Below, in pieces: positions 18,155 to 25,821 of a stretch of 25,821 nt of DNA. Numbering within the stretch: the first letter of the stretch is position 1; every line of letters begins with the position of its first letter. The notes below the pieces were generated by a model. It ran no database searches. It saw nothing but the letters and a program-made list of their open reading frames with translations, and was not told where the DNA came from. A program made the position numbers and the translations under genes. Source of the stretch: Thermodesulfovibrionales bacterium (GTDB lineage Bacteria > Nitrospirota > Thermodesulfovibrionia > Thermodesulfovibrionales > SM23-35); the NCBI GenBank assembly GCA_963715195.1, contig CAVQRT010000023.1:1-25821 (forward strand). The letters run 5' to 3'.

Positions 18155-20241
18155 TATCTACACAAAAGCAGAAAGAAAACCCTGTTGTACTGATCGTTGA
18201 TGACGATGAAATGATGAGGATGCTGGAGCGTAATTCTCTGGAGCAGGCAGGATTTACTGTTGAGGAAGCTGCGGACGGTGAAGAAGGATTAATTACCTTT
18301 CAAAATATCCGTCCCGATATCATCCTTCTTGATGTGATGATGTCTGGGAAGGACGGGTTTACCATCTGTCAGGAGATCCGGGCAATGCCCGAGGGCGATA
18401 ACATCCCTATTGTAATTATTACCGGCCTCGATGATCTGGAATCTATTAATCGTGCATATGAAGTTAAGGCAACCGATTTTCTCCTGAAGCCCATCAACTG
18501 GACGGTATTAGGTCATCATGTGAGGTATATGTTGAGGGCAAGCCAGGCGTTCTCTCATTTGAAAGATAGTGAGGCAAGAAATAAGGCCCTTCTTAACGCA
18601 ATACCCGATTTAATGTTTCGGATAGATAAAAGCGGTATCATTCTTGAGTGCAAGGGATCAAAACAAATTCCATTCATTCGCCCCCCGCAAGAGTTTATAG
18701 GGAAGAGATTGGATGAAGTTATGCCATTTGATGTTGCGCAGAAGGCCATGCACGAGATTAGTGTAGCCTTAGAAGTTGGAAACGTGCAAATCTTTGAGTA
18801 TGAACTCAGCATAGACAATACCCTGCATTATTTTGAAGCGAGGATTGTGCAGAGTAGAGAAGATGAGGTGCTTGCGATTATCAGGGATATCAGCGATCGC
18901 AAAAATGCCGAAAAACAGGTTGTCCAATTAGCCTATTACGATCACTTGACGGGGCTACCTAACCGGGTACTATTCAAGGATAGGCTGCAGCAGGCTCAAC
19001 AAAGGGCAATGCGCGATAAAAAACAGGTAGCCATCCTTTTTCTGGACATTGACCGATTCAAGAACATCAATGATACCCTTGGCCACAATATCGGTGACAT
19101 GCTCCTGCAAAGTGTTGCTGACCGGTTAAAAACAGCTCTGCGGAAAACAGACTGCGTTACACGTGACAAAAAAGAACGGGCGAAAACTACGTTTGCACGA
19201 ATTGGCGGAGACGAGTTTACGATTCTGATTACCGATGTCAGCAGCACACAGCATATCCTTATGGTCGCAAACCGTTTGCTGAATAGTATCAGAAGACCGT
19301 TTATCCTTGGATCGCACGAAGTCTATATCACAGCGAGTATCGGTATTGCCATATTTCCGACAGACAGTGAAGATGCTGACACCCTCATGAAATATGCCGA
19401 CACCGCCATGTATCATGCAAAAGACTTGGGAAGAAACAATGTCCAGTTTTATACGGAATCCATGAATGATGCAGCAGTTGAGCGGTTCAACACGGAGAAT
19501 CAGTTGCGAAAGGCATTAAATAATGATGAATTTCTCCTACATTACCAACCCCTGGTGAATATCGAAAAAAGGACAATTATCGGCGTTGAAGCACTTGTGC
19601 GCTGGATGCACCCAGAAAAGGGCCTGTTATATCCTGGCGCCTTTATTCCCCTCGCAGAGGAGACATCGATCATTGTGCCGATTGGAGACTGGGTGCTCAA
19701 TAGAGCATGTTTGCAGATGAAGACATGGATTGGACGCGGACTACCCGTTGAGCGCATAAGCATTAACATCTCAAATATACAATTCAGCCAGAATGATTTT
19801 CACGAAAAGATAGCGAATACCCTTAATCAGACAGGCTTAGATCCCCGTCAACTCGAAATCGAAATCACAGAGAGCTGTATGATGGAGAACGTTGATAAGA
19901 CCATCTTTATTTTCCAGGAACTCAGGGATCTGGGGATAAACCTTTCCATTGATGATTTTGGTACAGGATATTCTTCCCTTAGTTATTTGAAACGATTGCC
20001 TATCAATTGCTTGAAAATCGATAGGTCATTTATAAGGGATATTGGATCCAGCCGTGATTCAATGTCCATTGTTAAAGCAATCATTGCTATGGCTCACAAT
20101 TTGGATATTAAGGTCACTGCCGAAGGGGTAGAGACGGAAGAACAATATTTGATTTTACGGGAATGCGCATGTGACCTTATGCAGGGCTACTATTTTTGCA
20201 GAGCTCTATCTGGGGGACTCCTTTGTGGAAAAATCACATGA
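18151..20241 (+). CDS. Response regulator REC-PAS-GGDEF-EAL (diguanylate cyclase/phosphodiesterase)
   Basis: ILLDVMM receiver, DHLTGLPNR, GGDEF, EALVRW, DDFGTGYSS and AEGVE. ATGA overlap with the upstream kinase. Confidence 0.94.
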   Translation: MISTQKQKENPVVLIVDDDEMMRMLERNSLEQAGFTVEEAADGEEGLITFQNIRPDIILLDVMMSGKDGFTICQEIRAMPEGDNIPIVIITGLDDLESINRAYEVKATDFLLKPINWTVLGHHVRYMLRASQAFSHLKDSEARNKALLNAIPDLMFRIDKSGIILECKGSKQIPFIRPPQEFIGKRLDEVMPFDVAQKAMHEISVALEVGNVQIFEYELSIDNTLHYFEARIVQSREDEVLAIIRDISDRKNAEKQVVQLAYYDHLTGLPNRVLFKDRLQQAQQRAMRDKKQVAILFLDIDRFKNINDTLGHNIGDMLLQSVADRLKTALRKTDCVTRDKKERAKTTFARIGGDEFTILITDVSSTQHILMVANRLLNSIRRPFILGSHEVYITASIGIAIFPTDSEDADTLMKYADTAMYHAKDLGRNNVQFYTESMNDAAVERFNTENQLRKALNNDEFLLHYQPLVNIEKRTIIGVEALVRWMHPEKGLLYPGAFIPLAEETSIIVPIGDWVLNRACLQMKTWIGRGLPVERISINISNIQFSQNDFHEKIANTLNQTGLDPRQLEIEITESCMMENVDKTIFIFQELRDLGINLSIDDFGTGYSSLSYLKRLPINCLKIDRSFIRDIGSSRDSMSIVKAIIAMAHNLDIKVTAEGVETEEQYLILRECACDLMQGYYFCRALSGGLLCGKIT

Positions 20242-21015
20242 TGTTCATTCTAGATGCTCCAGTCTGAAAGGAGCAATGACTCAATCTAATATTATAAAGT
20301 CGATTTGTTCGTAGTAACACAGAGCTTATTTCAGGTCATACAGAATCACCAGTAATCGGGAGTAGGGTTGCCGTTCAAAGGCGCTCTGGAACGCTGTGCG
20401 TCTTTTGTACCATAAGACACATGCCATTTTTCTCAATAGCACCAGCACCTATTATTGACTATAGAGGTAGGAAGAAAATCATTGATTTACCATAGAAACG
20501 AACAAGAATGGCAAATAATGCAAAAAAAAATGATAACCATTATGGCACCTGCAGCAACAAGCCAAGATTCATATCTATCCTTTTGCATGGTCTCTATATT
20601 ACTATTTGCGCTCAACATCAGTTCCAATTTCTGCTCCGACTATACTGTTGAAGATATTCTCTACAATATAGAAAAGTGATGATTTGCGAGAAAGTGACGA
20701 ACATCACAGCAAATGCCGCTCAGAAACCATAGGATGTCAATATGGAAGATGAAATGGAGAATGAAGGAACTTTTAAATCAGTTGACAGTGCGCAAGGGGA
20801 TAATAACATTCGAGGTGACCTTCCCGATTGGTATATCGATTATCTTGCCCGTTGTTGCGAGCGGGAAGAGAACCTGACGGAATGTTCTGGATTTTGATAA
20901 TCACCTCCTTGGCGAGGCCCTAGGGTGACTTGAGGCCTTTTCCTTCTCCTGCAAATCTTTTTCTCATCAACGGGGGCTTGGTTATCCAGGCCCCTCTTTG
21001 TTTTGTACTACTTCT

Positions 21016-22269
21016 TGACCTTACCCCGAATTGATGGACACACCTAAAGATTTGTAAGGTGGACAGAGGAGGTGTGTGAATGGGGAAAGAGGATAAGCGC
21101 CGCCATTTGCTCGGTGAGTTCAAGAGAGACGCTGTACAGCTAGTCACGGAAAAGGGAATGCCAGTAGGCAAGGTAGCTCGGGATCTTGATATCCATCCGA
21201 ATCTGCTTCATTTGTGGGGAGGAGGGAATTTCTGAAAGATGGTGAGAAGGCCTTTACAGGTAAGGGATGTGTTAAGCCGGAGAACGCAGAAATCAGGAAG
21301 CTTCGGAAGGAATTAGAACGGGCGAGGGAAGAGAGGGAATATTTAAAAAAAACCTGGCCTTACGAGTTCCAAACTGAACGTGAAGTATGAGTTATGGAAG
21401 AGACACAGAGAACCGAGGAGGTGAAGCATGTGCGAAGTACTCAGGTATCCAGAAGTGGTTATTATGCGTGGAGACCGTCTGCCGACATCGTCAAAGGCCA
21501 ATGAGGATGTTGCAACGCATACGGAAAGTTCACTGTCAGAATAGAAGGCTTTATGGAATCCGCGGATATTGCGGCGGACTGAATGCCGATGAACCACTGT
21601 CAGATAGGGAAATTCGTCGAGGCGGTTGATCATGATGAGAACCATTCCATAATGCGGGCAGATGTAAAGAAGAAAGGCGATTCAGGCGGACCACCGATTC
21701 ACGGCATAACTATGCCTTGGCTGCGAACTTTGCTGATTTACCATTGACGGACAGAGGGGGTATGGGCCTCCGATATGACATATGTCCAGACATCAGAAGG
21801 ATGGCTTTACGTGGCAGCAGTGATGAATGTGCAAAGCAGAAAGATCATTGGATTGACCATGAGCGATAAACTCTCACAGGATTTGGCTTCTGCAGCACTG
21901 AAGGATGCAGTTGGCAGACAAAGCCCTTCTGAAGGATTAATTCACCATTCTGATCGAGGTAGGCAGTATGCAAGCTATGCTTATCAGGAGCTTCTCGGAG
22001 AATACGGCGTTGCCCGGAGCATGAGCAGAAGTGGCAATTGCTACGATAACGCTTATATGGAGTCGTTCTTTGGGACTCTCAAGACGGAATTGGTCCATGG
22101 TGAGCGTTACCGTTCAAGGCTGGAAGCGAGGCTTAGTATTTTTGAGTATGTAGAAGTGTTCTATAATCGTCAGAGGAGGCATTCTGCCTTAGGGTACAGG
22201 AGTCCAGAGCAGTATGAAAAACTCCTTAATGAAACTTAACTACGTGTCCACTTTTTCGGGGCAGGCTCA
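21016..22269 (+). mobile_element. IS3-family insertion sequence, degenerate (1254 bp)
   Basis: TG...CA ends; 26-bp terminal IRs matching 19/26 (TGACCTTACCCCGAATTGATGGACAC vs TGAGCCTGCCCCGAAAAAGTGGACAC); A8 run at the orfA/orfB junction (21345-21352). Confidence 0.92.
21080..22239 (+). pseudogene. IS3 transposase orfA/orfB, multiply frameshifted
   Basis: OrfA HTH (EFKRDAVQLV...VARDLDIH) is broken near 21216. The OrfB N-part (MCEVL/VSRSGYYAW) is broken. The DDE core WASDMTY...HHSDRGRQY...MESFFGTLKTE survives to 22239. Confidence 0.88.
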
Positions 22270-22499
22270 CCTACTACTTCAACAGTCTTGAGATTTTTCA
22301 GATATTGAGGATGACTTCATCAAATGTGCACAACGGATAATTTTTGTTTCACGCGAAGTATGTTTGTAAATATTGAAATAATTCGAGCCGTAAAGATTAA
22401 AAAATCCTAATTGAATGATGGTATTGTCGCATCTACAAGACACCATTGTAAGGCCCGTGAAAACATTTCATCTTAGTGTGCTTTATGTACGTTACATCA

Positions 22500-22743
22500 T
22501 CATTGTTCCATGCTAACATACTTGCTATCTTTTATCTTTTCCTGTGCTTCTGCCTTGGTGATTGCTTTTATGCTGGCGCAAGTAAAACTATAGCCAATCA
22601 AAAAATATGACTGCCTGTTAGGAGTGACAATAAACTTTAGCGAGTCTTCCTTCCAGCAATCTACACCATAATCAAAAGGCAAAGAAGAAAAAAGACAACA
22701 TTCCGATCACGATTAGGCAGGTCTTAATCATTTTGATATTCAT
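22500..22743 (-). pseudogene. Frameshifted small exported-protein gene remnant
   Basis: ATG 22743 (6 nt after the upstream stop) reads MNIKMIKTCLIVIGMLSFF, then shifts in a T-rich tract into the ORF ending at 22500. Confidence 0.4.
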
Positions 22744-22748
22744 TTCCT

Positions 22749-23393
22749 CTATTTCTTCTCACTTCTGTTTAATCTCTCTATAAAATCTGGGTCCATAGTG
22801 AAATCCTTAATCATAGCTAATAAAGCCTCGTCGATAGCAATTTTCCATGGAGAAAAATCACTGAAAGCTTTTAATTTCATGTTTGCAAATCCATTGTAGG
22901 ATTTTGAAAGAACATTACCAGACGCTGAAGAAGTCACAGTTATATCAACTTTAACAACGGCCAATATCTCAAAAGAAGAAAAGGAAGGAAATGTTCTGTC
23001 GCGGAAATCGATCCAATATTTTTTTATAATACTGCCGTCAATGATGGCGTTCAATTTACTAATATCTTCTTGTCTGGAGGTAACTTTGTGACCGTTTCTC
23101 TTTAGCTCATTGATAATGGCTTCTCTGACTATGTCAGTTAACTTCGATCAGTTTTTATTCATACGGGCCCTCATTTTTGATACTACGCTCTCATCACCAA
23201 AGATTTCTTTAACAGAACCTCTCTCATCTCTAAAATCTTTAACCATAAATGTTTTAGGTTCAATTGCATTTAGTGGACTTCCACCTTGCAATCCTGGTGT
23301 TTGGTCCATCACTAGAACCAACGGACCGCAGGACTGAATTATGAGTGTTAAAGATATAAGAAACCCAAAAGAGAATACATTAAGTCTCGTCAC
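22749..23393 (-). pseudogene. Lipoprotein gene (possibly YajG-like) split by one in-frame TGA
   Basis: GTG start after GAGGA; lipobox-like IQSC; VKDFRDER. ORFs 23148-23393 and 22749-23054 are in one frame, joined by 31 open codons (SKLTDIVREAIINELKRNGHKV...). Confidence 0.7.
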
Positions 23394-23400
23394 ACGTTCC

Positions 23401-24122
23401 TCATTTTAAATAGATAATATTGTTTGCAAGTCTATAAGCGATTTTGCTGAAAGCTTCATCGGTCTGTTCCTTTAGCAACATTGCTCCATCTGCTTTGTAT
23501 TCATCTAAAGTATGTTCTTCGTCACTGACTATAGCTCATGCTGACTCCAGATAACTTGTTCGTTTTGTAAATCAATCATGTTTGCCTCAGCGCTCACGTG
23601 AAGGTAGAGCTTGTCAGTCAACTGAACAACCCTTTTAAGACACAACTCCTTTATTTCAATCCTAATAATTGAGTCAAATCCTTCTGCAATTAACGCCTTA
23701 TGGTTATCTCCATTTTTAGTATAATTTACTCTTTTGAAAAGATCTGCCTTTGTAAATTGCTCAAGGAAGTAGTTGCCCAGCTGCCTTTCAAATTGGTTTT
23801 CACCTAATGCTTGATTGGCACTCTCAGTATTATAACTGTCCGCAGATGATTTTATAGATTATCCGAGACTCCAGCGATGACAAATCCAAGTAGACTAAGC
23901 AATGCGGTGCTTGCCACAACTATTGCCGCAGTGCTGCCGAGCATATGCCCTTCTCTCGAATATCTGACATCCAATGCTGAACACGATACGTTTAAAGCGA
24001 CGACATTATATTTGGACAATTGATCCTTTTTTATATAGACTCTTGGGTGGTGAAGAGGCACAAGATAGGGTGAGTGAAAAAACAAAACACATAAGAGTTA
24101 TTTGGGCAATAAACTTACACAT
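23401..24122 (-). pseudogene. Lipoprotein gene with about three frameshifts
   Basis: ATG 24122 MCKFIAQITLMCFVFSLTLSCASSP, then RVYIKKDQ...FVIAGVSD, then SIKSSADS...VIWSQHE, then IVSDEEHTLDEY...NNIIYLK with stop at 23401. Confidence 0.62.
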
Positions 24123-24535
24123 GATGCACCTATCATTCTTTGCTTCTGAGATGATCCCCATTCATTTCATGCCCTCAACAAAAAACTATCAAATTGTTAT
24201 TCGCATGTCAAGTAACCTTCTCCATTTGGTTAGGACATAGTCTCGATAAGGACAGATTTATTGGTTTTATTATTAGCTGTGGTTATCTTTTGTCAACAGT
24301 TTCCACGTTTGTCGCAATACAGACTTTACTATTAATTTGCTAAAGAAATCCTCGTAATTTATAGGAAACTGATTGTATTTGTTTGAAGACAAAGGTTGTG
24401 GTGGTCTCAAAAATTAGCGGCATTAACTTCTATGTGTACTCTTGCCCTCTATCGGAGTCTTGCGAGGTTTTTGTAACAGGGAGAATTGCAACCTGAGAAG
24501 AACAATAAAAGGAGTCCGACAGACAGCATAATTAT

Positions 24536-25260
24536 CTAAAGTCCTCCCACTGAAAAATCAGATTCCAAGTTCTGAAGTAACTGAATGAGTCTCTTCCAAT
24601 TTTTAATGTTATCCTTGAAAATACTTGAATGCTGTCCCAATATCGTCAGGTTTCTCGTTTCTCCTGCTATAACATTGCAGGATGCTACCCTTCCTGTAAT
24701 ATAGATATGTTCATCTCCGAGAAGAAACAGTTCCATCTGAATACTTTTTCCCACTTCTAATGCACGTTGGCTTTCAATAAGCATACCGCCTAAACTTAAA
24801 TTTTTTGTCCTATATTTCTCATGGAAATACTGTAGCTTCCTTTTCCTGAATGCTGCTGAATCTGACATATAATCTTGTTCCGGTCTTTTTGTAGGCCTCA
24901 ACTTTTTCCTCTTCCTCTTCACAATTAGTTTCAATAAAAGCAGATATCTCTTTTATCTTTTCATCTGTGAGATCCATAAATTGCATGCCTGCAGTATATA
25001 TCGGAATAACATTTCCAAGATTGTCTTTCTCAGTTTTCGTTAGAAAAGACCACATTATTTTGCCTTTTACCGTAAAAGACTTGTTTTACGATTCATATTG
25101 TCAATAGAGATTGACTACCCACAGACAATTGTTTATCAGTTTTTAATGCTAACCCACCAAGGCTGATGTTGAGTATCCTCACATGTTTGGCCAGCACCAT
25201 TTTGCCAGTAATTTTGAGAGCATCAACTTTATACCGCTTATGTCGTCTTTCAGCATGCAT
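24536..25260 (-). pseudogene. Tandem PilZ-domain (c-di-GMP receptor) gene, frameshifted
   Basis: ATG 25260 MHAERRHKRY (RxxxR) and NISLGG; frame changes near 25090 and 24825; AGMQF; second domain NLSLGGML...GRVASC. Confidence 0.8.
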
Positions 25261-25471
25261 AGATGTTTTAAGAAATGGAGATTATAATATCTTATCTTAG
25301 AACATAGCTAAATGTGAGACTACTTATAAAAAAAATAGGGGCGAGATTTCGATCGTTCCTTTATTACTCCGTTTTTTGGAAAGCATTGACTAATTCAGAT
25401 ATACCAAGGTTCATCAAAAAATCATTCGCATCATCAATTCTGCCTGATCAATATAATATAGTTCTCCGCAC

Positions 25472-25821
25472 CTATTTCCTCTTGTCATGTGGCACAACTA
25501 CCGTAGCACTGAGTTTATGTGGTCCTGAACAATCTTCAACTGTGACATTGATGATGTAACTTCTCCCTTGAGAGTTACCTGCTCTTTTGCTCCGAAGATT
25601 CACGCTTAGCGCATCCGTGATCTGATAGTCTGGCTCAAGAATATTTTCTTCATATATATCCCGGCCTTTCTTATCCATCTCGATTACATTCACAGAGTCT
25701 ATCTGCATTATCGCAAACGGGCTTGATGAAATGATATTCGAAACATCGATTGTAACGGGAATCATGCGATTATTAGGCGGCCACAGTATTGCTTTCGAGG
25801 GCAATATGCTCCCGGTTATGC
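25472..25821 (-). CDS. C-terminal domain of a probably secreted protein (5' end outside window)
   Basis: Frame is open to the window edge. LWPPNNRM...LRSKRAGNSQGRSYII...D..G...VVVPHD. Confidence 0.7.
   Translation of the reverse strand, partial: ITGSILPSKAILWPPNNRMIPVTIDVSNIISSSPFAIMQIDSVNVIEMDKKGRDIYEENILEPDYQITDALSVNLRSKRAGNSQGRSYIINVTVEDCSGPHKLSATVVVPHDKRK

Noticed and set aside
20487..20588. 33-aa minus-strand ORF containing CIICH
   Set aside because: The CxxCH appears just after a T9 run. The alternative frame reads as a membrane helix, so it is probably a frameshift artefact of a decayed small gene.
25334..25365. Hairpin resembling the nrfA terminator (GGGCGAGATTT)
   Set aside because: The stem depends on G-U pairs on the plus strand and is mismatched on the strand of the flanking genes. 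The similarity is too short.

Overview
Bacterial chromosome segment, plausibly from an anaerobic Nitrospirota- or Desulfobacterota-like organism (inferred from gene styles only). Bases 1-6.4 kb are core-like: a partial HD-GYP gene, proB, DUF4416, a TlpA thioredoxin, clpC, tRNA-Gln(CTG) and tRNA-Glu(CTC). An AT-richer accessory region follows tRNA-Glu. It holds nrfHA (cytochrome c nitrite reductase with Ca-independent-type motifs), divergent from a FIST/NosP-like sensor plus hybrid kinase. Next is a four-gene operon: TonB-dependent receptor, YfiR, CHASE8/HAMP hybrid kinase with HPt, and a REC-PAS-GGDEF-EAL regulator. Both signalling operons have sigma54-type promoters with IHF-like sites. The receptor carries a CQACH (CxxCH) motif in a predicted extracellular loop. 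The best candidate novel system is this trans-envelope receptor-YfiR-phosphorelay-c-di-GMP cascade, possibly sensing redox or N-oxides. The last ~5.5 kb is a decay zone: a degenerate IS3 element, three broken lipoprotein/exported-protein genes, a tandem-PilZ pseudogene, and the 3' end of a gene for a probably secreted protein. All family calls come from motif recognition by eye; no database search was run.
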